Positions 9,345 to 21,000 of a stretch of DNA of 44,942 nt are shown piece by piece. Position numbers and translations under genes: made by a program. The stretch covers positions 1-44,942 of the forward strand of contig JBEKJU010000002.1 of assembly GCA_050011095.1 (NCBI GenBank). The letters are read 5' to 3'. The notes below the pieces were generated by a model, which was not told the DNA's origin, made no database searches, and saw nothing but the letters and a program-made list of their open reading frames with translations. Every line of letters begins with the position of its first letter. Position 1 is the first letter of the stretch. Source of the stretch: Syntrophorhabdales bacterium (GTDB taxonomy: Bacteria > Desulfobacterota > Syntrophorhabdia > Syntrophorhabdales > WCHB1-27).

Positions 9345-9500
9345 GATTGCATAAACAAAATCCACTTCCTGGCTTTCTCTCGTCATTCCGGCGAACGCCG
9401 GAATCCAGTGTTTTTAGGGTCTTGCGCACTGCCTGGACCCCGGCATCCGCCGGGGTGACGGATTTAATAAGTCAGTTATTTATGCAATCAGACACTAGGC
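9334..9500. mobile_element. MITE-like non-autonomous element with 22-bp terminal inverted repeats
   Basis: The left end GGCTAGCGTCTGATTGCATAAA (9334-9355) matches the reverse complement of the right end TTTATGCAATCAGACACTAGGC (9479-9500) at 20 of 22 positions. Internal perfect hairpins are ATTCCGGCG/CGCCGGAAT and CCCCGGC/GCCGGGG. No coding capacity. The element abuts the ilvD stop codon. Confidence 0.55.
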
Positions 9501-11180
9501 TCACTCGCCTGAGTCCCCGGCCGGCCGGAAGACGGCGCCGCTTGCCGCGCCGGTGACCATCGCCGCGTAGCGGGCCATGTATCCCTCCTTGATATGCGGT
9601 TCAGGCCTCGTCCATTCCTTGCGTCTCCTCGCGAGCTCCTCTTCCCCGACCAGGAGGTTGATCGCCTTTCCGTCGAGATCGATCTCGATCCGGTCGCCTT
9701 CCCTGACGAGGCCGATGGGACCCGCTTCGGCCGCCTCCGGTGACACATGGCCGATGCAGAGACCCCTTGTACCCCCTGAGAACCGTCCATCCGTGATGAG
9801 GGCGCACTCCAGGTCGAGGCCCTGCCCGCAGAGCACGCTGGTGGGCGTCAGCATCTCCCTCATGCCCGGACCGCCTTTCGGCCCTTCATACCGTACGACA
9901 ACCGCGTCCCCCGGCTTGACCTTTCCTTCCATTATGGCGGCCATCGTCTCTTCCTCGCTGTCGAAGACCCGCGCCGTGCCCGTGAACCTCCTCATGCTGT
10001 CCGCGACGCCGGCGACCTTGATGACCGCCCCGTCAGGCGCGAGGCTCCCCGTCAGCACCGCAAGACCGCCCCTCGGGTGATACGGCTCATCGACGGATCT
10101 GATGACCCCATGGTCTCGAACGCGCGCCTCCTCGATCAGCTCCGCCACCTTCCTCCCGCCCGCCGTGTCGCAGCGTGTGTCGATAAGTCCCTTTCTCGAC
10201 AGTTCCTTCATGATCGCGTAGACGCCGCCCGCCTCGTTCAGGTCTTCGAGGTGGTGGGGACCGGCCGGGCTCATGGAACAGATGTGGGGGGTCCTTTCCG
10301 ATATCTCGTCGAAAAGGGCGAGGGGCAGCCGGAGGCCCGCCTCGTGTGCGATTGCCGGCAGGTGGAGCGTGGTATTCGACGACCCTCCGAAGGCCATATC
10401 GACGGTAATGGCATTGGTGAACGCCTGGAGCGTCATGATGTCTCTCGCGGCAACGCCCCTCTCCACGAGGGAGACGATGGCCTTTCCCGCCACCTTTGCC
10501 AGCCTGATGCGGTCCGCATTGACCGCCGGAACGGTCCCATTGCCCGGAAGGGCTATGCCGAGGGCCTCGCTCAAGCAGTTCATCGAGTTTGCCGTGAACA
10601 TACCGGCGCACGAACCAGCCCCCGGACAGGCGCACCCAACGAGTTCCTCGAGTTCTTCCTCGCTCATGGCGCCGGCGGCCACCTTACCGACCCCCTCGAA
10701 AACGGAGATCAAATCGACCGCCCGTCCCCTGAACCGCCCGGCCAGCATGGGACCGCCGCTCACGAGCACGGCAGGGATGTTGACCCGGAGCGCGGCCATG
10801 AGCATGCCGGGGATGATCTTGTCGCAGTTCGGGATCAGCACAAGCCCGTCAAAGGGATAGGCTTTCGCCATGACCTCAACGGAATCGGCGATAAGCTCCC
10901 TCGACCCGAGGGAGTACTTCATGCCCTCATGGTTCATGGCGATGCCGTCGCAGATGCCGATGGTCGAAAATTCGAGAGGGGTACCCCCCGCGAGGCGCAC
11001 GCCGTCCTTTACCGCCTGGCCTATCCTGCCCAGATGAATATGGCCGGGGATAAGCTCCGAGGCCGAATTTGCGATACCGATAATCGGTCTCTCCAGCTCC
11101 TCGGGAAGCAGCCCGACGGCGCTGAAGAGCGTCCTGTGGGGCGCCTTTTCGATCCCCTTTTTCATCTTGTCCGATCTCAT
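9501..11180 (-). CDS. ilvD: Dihydroxy-acid dehydratase
   Basis: ILVD/EDD motifs are present ([33 protein letters not shown]-like [24 protein letters not shown]). Start placed at ATG 11180 (MRSDKMKKG) with a GGAGG RBS. The 71-aa upstream extension in the ORF track runs through repeat DNA. Confidence 0.9.
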   Translation of the reverse strand: MRSDKMKKGIEKAPHRTLFSAVGLLPEELERPIIGIANSASELIPGHIHLGRIGQAVKDGVRLAGGTPLEFSTIGICDGIAMNHEGMKYSLGSRELIADSVEVMAKAYPFDGLVLIPNCDKIIPGMLMAALRVNIPAVLVSGGPMLAGRFRGRAVDLISVFEGVGKVAAGAMSEEELEELVGCACPGAGSCAGMFTANSMNCLSEALGIALPGNGTVPAVNADRIRLAKVAGKAIVSLVERGVAARDIMTLQAFTNAITVDMAFGGSSNTTLHLPAIAHEAGLRLPLALFDEISERTPHICSMSPAGPHHLEDLNEAGGVYAIMKELSRKGLIDTRCDTAGGRKVAELIEEARVRDHGVIRSVDEPYHPRGGLAVLTGSLAPDGAVIKVAGVADSMRRFTGTARVFDSEEETMAAIMEGKVKPGDAVVVRYEGPKGGPGMREMLTPTSVLCGQGLDLECALITDGRFSGGTRGLCIGHVSPEAAEAGPIGLVREGDRIEIDLDGKAINLLVGEEELARRRKEWTRPEPHIKEGYMARYAAMVTGAASGAVFRPAGDSGE

Positions 11181-11199
11181 AGTGCCTCCTTCCGGCTGG

Positions 11200-11400
11200 C
11201 TATCATTGGGGCTCGCGTCGCTGCAATTTATGGGGGCTCGCGTCGCCCCCTTCATCGGCGCAGCCACGACCCACTTCGCGGGTACCCCGGCTTCCCCCTC
11301 ATAAAAAGGAAGGGGCGGAAGCGAAAAACCACACCTGCTGGCTCGCGTCGCCGCCTCGGCCGGCGAAGCCGGTCGAGCCTCGCTGCCGGCCACCCGCCGG
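11200..11400. repeat. Composite intergenic repeat, locus 3 (family A, at least two units)
   Basis: Three cores (GGCTCGCGTCGC at 11210, 11234 and 11340), CCCCCTCATAAAAAGGAAGGGGCGGAAGCGAAAAA (11295-11329) and hairpin CCGGC-GAA-GCCGG. The first 20 nt are identical to 7703-7722. Confidence 0.75.
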
Positions 11401-11581
11401 GAAATCTATTATACGACAAAAGATGGCGCAAAAAAACAGATCGGGCGCCTGGAACCCCGGATGCACCCGCAAGGCGTTCCCTTCGGCTTCGGTGCTCACC
11501 CTCCACCGCAGGCGATGCGCGGCAGCCACCCATCCGCCCCGCCTTGCGGCACAACTCCCCTCCATCCCCGTCCAAAAAGGT

Positions 11582-11610
11582 TTGACCCCTATCAGGTCCT
11601 GTGATATTCT
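11582..11610 (+). promoter_or_regulatory. Candidate sigma-70 promoter of eno
   Basis: TTGACC (11582-11587), 17-nt spacer, TATTCT (11605-11610). A TAGGAGG RBS sits at 11653-11659 ahead of ATG 11665. Confidence 0.5.
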
Positions 11611-11655
11611 CAATGATCGATTCAGCTTCGCTCATCCGACTACATTTCACCTTAG

Positions 11656-14195
<2,540 letters not shown>

Positions 14196-14257
14196 AAGAT
14201 GCGTTCGGGTGAGCCTTTCGGCGAAAGGCAGCCCCATTTCGATAAAGGAGCCCAGAC

Positions 14258-14446
14258 ATGGAGTGTACGGTTGAAAAGAGCAGGGCGGCATGCACCTGCA
14301 CCTACGACTGCGAGAGAAGGGGAAAATGTTGCGACTGCGTCGCCTATCACAGGGGCATGAAGCAGTTGCCCGGCTGTTTCTTCTCAAAGGAAGGGGAAAG
14401 GACATACGACCGCTCGATCCGGAAATTTCTCGACGACAACCGATAG
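14258..14446 (+). CDS. Small cysteine-rich cytoplasmic protein (DUF6485-like)
   Basis: 62 aa with 8 Cys (CTCTYDCERRGKCCDCVAYHRGMKQLPGCFF). A GGAG RBS sits 8 nt upstream. The family name is from memory only. Confidence 0.5.
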   Translation: MECTVEKSRAACTCTYDCERRGKCCDCVAYHRGMKQLPGCFFSKEGERTYDRSIRKFLDDNR

Positions 14447-14655
14447 CCTTCTCCCATGGGCCGGATGTACGGATGATCCCATGCGCGGTTTATCGGAGTT
14501 TCCCTGGATTTTCCACCGGACGGGCGGCGGCTGTGGGGTCCCGCAGGATGGAAAGCCGGGAAAGTCCGATTAATTTCCTATTGTATGCAAGATCGAAATG
14601 ATGTAGAAGTATAAACTCAAGAGAAAAATTAAAAACGAGCAAAGGAGAGGTGTTT

Positions 14656-16032
14656 ATGGGCAAGAACCCGGTGCTTATTACCGATCTAACCTTGAGAGAC
14701 GGTCATCAATCCCTCTTTGCGACGAGGATGACCACGGCCGATATGCTCCCCATCGCGGAGAAACTGGACGACATCGGTTTCTATTCGATGGAGGTATGGG
14801 GCGGGGCGACCTTCGACGTCACGACGCGGTTCCTCAATGAAGACCCCTGGGAGAGGGTTCGCATCCTGAAGCGGAAGATGCCGAAGACGAAGTTCCAGAT
14901 GCTCCTTCGCGGTCAGAACCTCGTCGGGTACCGCCAGTATGCGGACGATGTGGTGGAGGCCTTCGTCGAGAAGGCCGCCGAGGTGGGCATCGACATTTTC
15001 CGCATTTTCGATGCCGTGAATGACGAGCGGAATTTCATTACCGCCTATAAGGCGGTCAAGAAGGCAGGGAAACACATCCAGGGAACCCTCTCCTACGCGT
15101 TGACTCAAAGACGAATGGGGGGGCCGATCTTCAACCTCGACTATTACGTGACGAGGGCCAAAAAGCTGGAGGAGATGGGGGCCGATTCCTTTGCCATCAA
15201 GGATATGGCGGGCATCATCTCCCCCTACGACGCCTACGAGCTTATTTCCGCCCTCAAGAAGACGCTGAGCATTCCAGTCCATCTCCACACGCATTATACG
15301 AGCGGCATGGCGTCCATGGCGTGTCTCAAGGCGATAGAGGCGGGAGCCGACGGGATCGACACCTGTGTCGCGCCCTTCGCCATGAGAAGTTCCCATCCGG
15401 CGGTCGAGCCCTTCATCGTGACCCTCTCCGGGACCGACCGGGACACCGGCCTCGACCTCACCAAGTTTCCCGAGATCAACGAGTATCTGGAAAGCATCAT
15501 AGAAAAGTACCTGCAGTTCTCCGACACGACGAAATTCTCGGTCATCGACATCGGCGTGCTCATGCACCAGATACCGGGCGGCATGATCAGCAACCTCGTG
15601 AGCCAGTTGAAACAGGCAAAGGCCGTTCACCGCATCAATGAGGTTTATGAAGAGATACCCAGGACGCGGGCGGAAATGGGCTACCCGCCGCTCGTCACGC
15701 CCACGAGCCAGATCGTGGGGGTCCAGGCGGTGATGAACGTCCTTATGGGCAGGTACAAGGTAATCACGAAAGAGGTGAAGGACTACTTCTACGGCCTCTA
15801 CGGCCGTCCTTCGGCACCGGTCGATGAGGAGATCAGAAAGAAGGCGCTGAAAGGCTATCCCAGGGGGGAGACACCCATGGACGGCCGGCCGGGCGACGTG
15901 ATCGAGCCCGAGCTGCCCAAGGCCCGGGAGGCCCTGAAGGGCATATCGGACAAGATGGAGGATATATTGATCTATGCCCTCTATCCGATGACGGGATTGG
16001 AGTTTCTCAAGAAAAAGTATAACGTTGCCTAG
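14656..16032 (+). CDS. Carboxyltransferase 5S-type subunit (oxaloacetate decarboxylase alpha / pyruvate carboxylase B family) without a biotinyl domain
   Basis: The N-terminus ITDLTLRDGHQSLFATRMTT..MEVWGGATFD is typical of the HMGL-like carboxyltransferase domain. The product (about 458 aa) ends before any AMKM biotinyl module. I prefer ATG 14656 (AGGAG RBS) over the tracked GTG at 14650. Confidence 0.8.
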   Translation: MGKNPVLITDLTLRDGHQSLFATRMTTADMLPIAEKLDDIGFYSMEVWGGATFDVTTRFLNEDPWERVRILKRKMPKTKFQMLLRGQNLVGYRQYADDVVEAFVEKAAEVGIDIFRIFDAVNDERNFITAYKAVKKAGKHIQGTLSYALTQRRMGGPIFNLDYYVTRAKKLEEMGADSFAIKDMAGIISPYDAYELISALKKTLSIPVHLHTHYTSGMASMACLKAIEAGADGIDTCVAPFAMRSSHPAVEPFIVTLSGTDRDTGLDLTKFPEINEYLESIIEKYLQFSDTTKFSVIDIGVLMHQIPGGMISNLVSQLKQAKAVHRINEVYEEIPRTRAEMGYPPLVTPTSQIVGVQAVMNVLMGRYKVITKEVKDYFYGLYGRPSAPVDEEIRKKALKGYPRGETPMDGRPGDVIEPELPKAREALKGISDKMEDILIYALYPMTGLEFLKKKYNVA

Positions 16033-16043
16033 GCGGACCGCTG

Positions 16044-16103
16044 GCGGGCCGGGCTGAATCGGACGATTTGCCCGGCCCGCGCGCTTCGCGAAAAAAATTC
16101 GCG
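16044..16103 (+). terminator. Tandem hairpins downstream of the carboxyltransferase gene
   Basis: A 10-bp stem GCGGGCCGGG/CCCGGCCCGC (16044-16080) is followed by CGCGAA-AAAAA-TTCGCG (16087-16103) and then TCCTTCTGTTT. The U-tract is imperfect. Confidence 0.4.
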
Positions 16104-16112
16104 TCCTTCTGT

Positions 16113-16170
16113 TTGTCACCCCTCCATGTCATCCGTCCATGTCATATCCGGTTGTCACCCCTCCATGTCA
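16113..16170. repeat. Direct-repeat array (19-nt perfect repeat x2, TGTCA x5)
   Basis: TTGTCACCCCTCCATGTCA occurs at 16113-16131 and again at 16152-16170. A third TCCATGTCA sits at 16136-16144. TGTCA pentamers start at 16115, 16127, 16140, 16154 and 16166, a spacing of 12-14 nt. Confidence 0.8.
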
Positions 16171-16368
16171 CTTTGACGGGCTCCCGCCAATGGAATAAAC
16201 TCTTCCCATGAAGCGGACGATTGCGAAAGTCCCCTTGAAAAGTGTGAAAAATCGTCCACTTTCGTCCACCCCCCGTCTCCCCGGGCGAGGCGCGGGCAGG
16301 GAACGGCCCGGTCCTCCTCGCGCCTCCCGGTGCGCGAAGGGCGGCACAAAATACGGCGGAGGCGCATC

Positions 16369-16800
16369 ATGGCAAACGATCTCGAAGAGAAAACGGAGGG
16401 AAATACGAGCTCACCCGCCCACTCCCTCACGCCCAGGCAGGAACGGGCGATCCTCGCCGTTCTTGAGAGCCGCACCATAGAAGAGGCGTGCAGAAAGGCC
16501 GGCATTACCAAGTCGCTCTACTACAGGTGGCTCAGGGAACGGCCCGTTTTTGCCGCGGCGCTCAAGAGCCGCCAGGAGGCTGTCAGCAACGAGGCCCTTG
16601 AGCGCCTCCAGGGAAGCGTCGCGGCCGCGGTCGATGTGCTCGTTCGCCTTCTCGACTCGGACAGGGAGTCCATACGCCGCTCCGTGGCGAATGACGTCAT
16701 CTCCCGCTTTCTGAAGACGAGGGAGCTTGGGGAGCTTGAGGAGCGGCTGACGAACCTCGAGCGTCTCATCGCGCAAGGAAACCACGGGACAGGGGGATAG
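16369..16800 (+). CDS. Phage/plasmid-type helix-turn-helix protein (unknown function)
   Basis: 143 aa from ATG 16369 (GGAGG RBS 7 nt upstream). LTPRQERAILAVLESRTIEEACRKAGITKSLYYRWL is a classic HTH (terminase-small/resolvase-like), followed by a helical C-terminus. Confidence 0.55.
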   Translation: MANDLEEKTEGNTSSPAHSLTPRQERAILAVLESRTIEEACRKAGITKSLYYRWLRERPVFAAALKSRQEAVSNEALERLQGSVAAAVDVLVRLLDSDRESIRRSVANDVISRFLKTRELGELEERLTNLERLIAQGNHGTGG

Positions 16801-16802
16801 GC

Positions 16803-17000
16803 ATGGATGTCAAAGACAGGATAAGGAGACTCGAAAAGCACTGCGCCCGTCAGGCCGGGGAGGTGATCATCAGGATAAGCCGGTTTTCTACCCCCGCATC
16901 ACAGGTTCCCCCTGCGGACGAACAGATTGCCAGGCAAAGGGCAGAGGGAAAGAAACAGATCATCGTGCTCGTGCGGCACGATGATCCCCCAGTCACTTGA
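16803..17000 (+). CDS. Small hypothetical protein, coupled to the upstream HTH gene
   Basis: 65 aa. ATG lies 2 nt after the upstream stop and an AGGGGGA RBS is present. No recognisable domain. The 3' end overlaps the convergent yihY-like gene by 8 nt. Confidence 0.4.
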   Translation: MDVKDRIRRLEKHCARQAGEVIIRISRFSTPASQVPPADEQIARQRAEGKKQIIVLVRHDDPPVT

Positions 17001-17868
17001 AAAAAGAGCACCCCTTCCCTGTCGGTTCCTCGGTCCGTGGTTCGAGTTCCGCAATGACCTGAGCGCCCAAAAGCAGAATCACCGCCACGGCCTCGGTGGT
17101 GAGGAGGGCCACCACGGCGGTGGCGAAGGAGCCGTAGATCAGGTTAACCATGGACAGGTTCGAGTAATACCAGACGAGGACGCGGCGGGTCATCTCCCAG
17201 AGGAGCGTCGCGGCCGCCCCCCCGGCCAGGGCGTCGCGGAACCTGATGCGCGCCGTGGGCATGACGAGATATATGGAGGCGAGCAGAAAGACCTCGCTCA
17301 TCACCCCTACCGTATAGACGATGACGCGCGACGTGGTCTTGAAGCTCAAGGTCCACCCGAGGATCATCAACTGCCTCTTTTCGAGTATCTCGAGCGCCCC
17401 GGTAACGGATGAAACAAGCACGATGCCGAGGCCGATCGCGAGCATGTATACATAGGGAATGACGGCGGAAATGAGAAAGTGGCGTCGTTGCGTCTGGGCG
17501 CGGTGAAAGAAGATGACCGACATGGCGTCCTCGAGCACCGTAAAGGCCATGGAGCTGAAAAACAGCATGACAAGGAATCCTATGACGCCGACCGCCTGGC
17601 GGTGCACGAGAAAGACCTGAATCTGCTGGGTTAAGGCCGCCGCATATCCGGGGATCACCATCTCGACGTAGGTCGAAAGGGTGTGAAAAAGCCGTTCCTC
17701 GCTAATGAAGTGGGAGAGCCCGATGAGAATGAGGATCGACATCGGAACAGTCGACAGCAGGGTGTAATAGGCGACGGCGCCGGACAGCAGGAGACCCCGG
17801 TTGCGTTTGAAGCCCCGCACCACCCGTGCGAGGAAGCCAAAGAGCAGGCCTGGCAGCAGCTTCCACAT
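16993..17868 (-). CDS. YihY/BrkB family membrane protein
   Basis: Multi-pass membrane protein with LLSGAVAYYTLLSTVPMSILILIG, typical of the YihY (former RNase BN) family. I prefer ATG 17868 (MWKLLPG, GGAAGGGA RBS) over the tracked GTG at 17886. Confidence 0.75.
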   Translation of the reverse strand: MWKLLPGLLFGFLARVVRGFKRNRGLLLSGAVAYYTLLSTVPMSILILIGLSHFISEERLFHTLSTYVEMVIPGYAAALTQQIQVFLVHRQAVGVIGFLVMLFFSSMAFTVLEDAMSVIFFHRAQTQRRHFLISAVIPYVYMLAIGLGIVLVSSVTGALEILEKRQLMILGWTLSFKTTSRVIVYTVGVMSEVFLLASIYLVMPTARIRFRDALAGGAAATLLWEMTRRVLVWYYSNLSMVNLIYGSFATAVVALLTTEAVAVILLLGAQVIAELEPRTEEPTGKGCSFFK

Positions 17869-18003
17869 TCCGGTGTCCCTTCCCACGTTATTTTACCCCG
17901 AAACGCATTTCCCCACGCAACAATATATTCCGCGCGATCTTCGGGTAACCGCACAAGAGCGAAGAGAGACGACATCCGCCCGCCCCTCCCTCCTTCATGC
18001 CTT

Positions 18004-21000
18004 CTATTTCCGGATCGTCTGCACGGCGCGACCATCGCCTTCCACGTCCACGCCCTGAAGCCTTATGGAAATCGTCTTTGAGACCCCCGCCTCCTCCGTG
18101 GTGATGCCGTACAGGGTGTTCGAGAACTCCATGGTGAGCCTGTTATGGGTGATGATGATGATCTGCGTCCTTCGGCTGATGGTTTTTACTATTTCAAGGA
18201 GGGCGACCAGGTTCGCGTCGTCGAGGGGCGCATCTATCTCGTCCATCAGGGTGAAGGGGGACGGCTTCGTGTTCATGAGAGAAAGAAGGAAAGAGAGCGA
18301 TATGAGCGCCTTTTCACCGCCCGAGAGAAGCTCGATGCGGGTCACCTTCTTTCCCGGCGGCTGCACGTAGAGGTCTATGCCGTTCGTCTCGCGGTTAAGC
18401 ATGAGCGCCCCCTGACCCCCCTTGAAAAGGGTATGGGTGAAACCTTTGAACGCCTCGTTGACGCGCTCGAAGGTTTCGAGAAAAAGCTCCCGCGACACAG
18501 AGTCGATCTTCGTGATGGTTTTCCTGAGCGATTCCATGGCCGTCGTCAGATCGGCCTTCTGCTTTTCCAGGAATTCGAGCCGTTCTTTCAACTCGGCGCT
18601 CTCCTTCCAGGCCCTGAAGTTTACATCGCCCAGGGCGGCAAGCCCTTCGAGGATCGTCTCCCGCTCGGCCTCGTCCGTGATAACGGGACCCGGCCCCTGC
18701 ACCGGTTCTTCCACGCCATACTCCTCACGGAGCTTTTTCCGTATGGCGTCTCTCTTTTCCTGGAGCACGAGCCTCTCCCTTTCGACGCCCTCCTTCTTCA
18801 CCCTGATCCTGGCGCCCTCGTCGCCCAGGGCCTGGATCTCCTCCTCCAGGGCCGCCTTTTCCGCGTGCGTCCCGCCAAGACGCGCCTTCATCTCTTCATA
18901 CCGCGTGACTGCCCTCGCGCAGTCCTCCTGAAGGACCCTGTAGCCCGCCTCGAGTTGGCCGGCCTTGCGCACCGCCTCCTGGAGGCCCTGCTCGACCTCG
19001 GCCACCTTGCGCTGTCGGGCGCCTTTCTCGTTCCGAAGGGCGCCGACCGCCGATTTCTTTCGCCCTGCCTCCTCCTCGTTTTTCTTAAGCTGGTTTCTGC
19101 CCCTTTCGATGGCGATGGACATCCGGTGGAACGCCGCGTCCGCGCGGCCCTCACCCCCCTTCGCCTCTTCGAGTCCCTTTTTCAGATCGGCGAGAAGGCG
19201 CTCGATCCTGTCCTTCTCCTTCTCCCACCTCTCCTTCTCCCGGATCTCCTCGGCCGGGACCGCGCCGATGTCGCCGCCCGGGCCCGCCTCCGATTCCGAC
19301 GCCCTCTCCTTGAGCCTCTCCCGCGTGGTCCTGATCTCCGCCTCGTTGTTGATGATCTCCCGTTCCGCCGCGACCATGCCCAATTCGTGCGACCGCCTTT
19401 TCTCCTGCACCGCCTGCCGCCTCTTTTCGAAGTCCTTCTGGGAGAGGAGCAACTCGCCGAGTTCCGAGGATTTTACCCTCAGGTGCTCCCCGATCCGGGC
19501 AAGCTCGGATTCAAGTCTCGTCTTCTCCCGGAATTCCCTGATTGACAGCGCGCCCCTGTCCTCGGCCCTCCGGACAAAGCCCCTCGAATCGACGATGACG
19601 TTTCCCGAAAGAAAGAGACCCTCCTCCCCTTCCCCGATTCTCCGGAAGGCCTCGGCCAGGCCGTCCACCCTGGTGAGCCTCACGTCCACCTCCCCTCCGT
19701 CGAGGCCGAGGATGCCCCGCTTCGGGAAGAATACGAAGTTCTCCTTGTATTCCTTCGCGATAATGGCGAGGTTGTAGGGGTCCTCTTCCGTCAGGACGCG
19801 GTATTCCATTTCCCTGGGGAAAAACCTCTCCATGACGTGCTCGGTTTCTTTCGAGCACCTGAGGATATCGATGAGTTGCTTATACGGGCTCGGCGCCCTC
19901 TTCGGGGCCTCGGCGTAGCTCTTCATCTGCCTGAAGACCTCCTCCTTTCCCCTTTTGACGCCCTTCAACCCCTCTATCTCGTTCCGGACCCGGCCGGCCT
20001 CCCTTGCAAGCCCTTCGTATCGGTCAACGATTGCCTTTTCCTCATCCTCGACGCGGGCCTTCTCGGCCAGCTCGTCCTCCATGCGCTCCCGGAGGGACGA
20101 CACCTTTTCTTCCAGGAGGCGGAGCTTGTCCGAAAGCAGCCTTTCTTCCTCGATCCTCCTCTGGCGCCGCGCCTGGCGCTCCTTCAGCATCCGTTCCCTT
20201 TCGAGGATACCGTTTCTCACCTCCGTGAGCCTCGTCATGGCGCCGAAGAGGTGGTCCCTCTCCTCCTCGACCGCTCCCTCCAGGGCCTCCCGGGCCGATC
20301 TCTGCTCCTTTCTTTGGGCCTCCATCTCCCCGGCCTCCTGCTCGGTCTTGGCCAGGGCGGCCGACTCGACCCCGATCGACCTCGTCAGCTCGCTAACCTC
20401 CGCGCTGTAGAGGCTGATCTTCCTGTCGAGACCGTCGATCTCCCCGCGCAGGTCGCCCGCTGCCTTCTGAAGGCGCCTCCTCTCCTCATCGAGGTAGGTG
20501 AGTTCGAGGAGCCTGCTCTCCATGTCCTTTTCCTTGCCCTTGATATCGACTTCCATCTGCCGCGTCACCGAGTCGATGAGGCCGATCTCCTCCCCTTTTG
20601 ACCGCGCGCTGTCCACGAGGGCGTGCCTTTTCGCCTCGTTCGCCTCGATCTCCCCGGCGAGGGCCTCCTCCCTCTCTTCGAGCCTCGCGGCCTTCTTCGC
20701 GAGTCTTCCGTGACCATCCACGAGGAAGGCGATATCGAACTCCCGGAGCCTCTTCCTGAGATCGTTGTACACCTGGAGCCTCGCGGACTCTTCCTCGGCC
20801 CTCTCGTGATTCCTGGCCACCTCCCCGTACATGTCCTCGACCCGTTCGAGGTTTGCCTTCACCTCTTCCATGCGGAAAAAGGCATCTTTCTTCTTTTCTT
20901 CGAACCTCGTGATACCGCTCGTCTCCTCGACGGCGATCCTCCGTTCGTGGGGCTTCATCTGGGTGAAATACTCGATGTTGCCCTGCTCGATGATGGCGTA

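Noticed and set aside
11181-11393. N-terminal extensions of tracked ORFs: ilvD to 11393, glcD-like to 9283, thiS-like ORF to 41018, Omp85 to 42477
   Set aside because: The extensions run through repeat elements. They lack similarity to the respective families and have internal start codons with good Shine-Dalgarno sequences at the positions where family homology begins.
11401-11581. Unannotated 180-nt stretch upstream of the eno promoter, with a 10-nt inverted repeat CCGCAAGGCG / CGCCTTGCGG (11469-11478 and 11541-11550)
   Set aside because: The inverted repeat does not extend, no known RNA motif is recognisable, and there is no terminator or conserved-looking structure. It may be a degraded repeat copy, but I cannot support a feature call.
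14558-14568. GGGAAAGTCCG, reminiscent of the RNase P RNA P4 motif (GAGGAAAGUCCGG)
   Set aside because: The whole intergenic space is only 209 nt, too short for RNase P RNA. None of the other conserved RNase P elements are visible around it.
14686-16119. Very long antisense or alternative-frame ORFs, for example 14686-16119 (-), 3325-4482 (-), 10077-11585 (+), 18145-19545 (+), 21972-22910 (+), 42323-43585 (+) and 13083-14153 (-)
   Set aside because: These are shadow ORFs typical of GC-rich DNA. Each lies opposite or out of frame to a gene with clear family motifs, and their products are low-complexity R/P/G/A-rich sequences with no recognisable domains.
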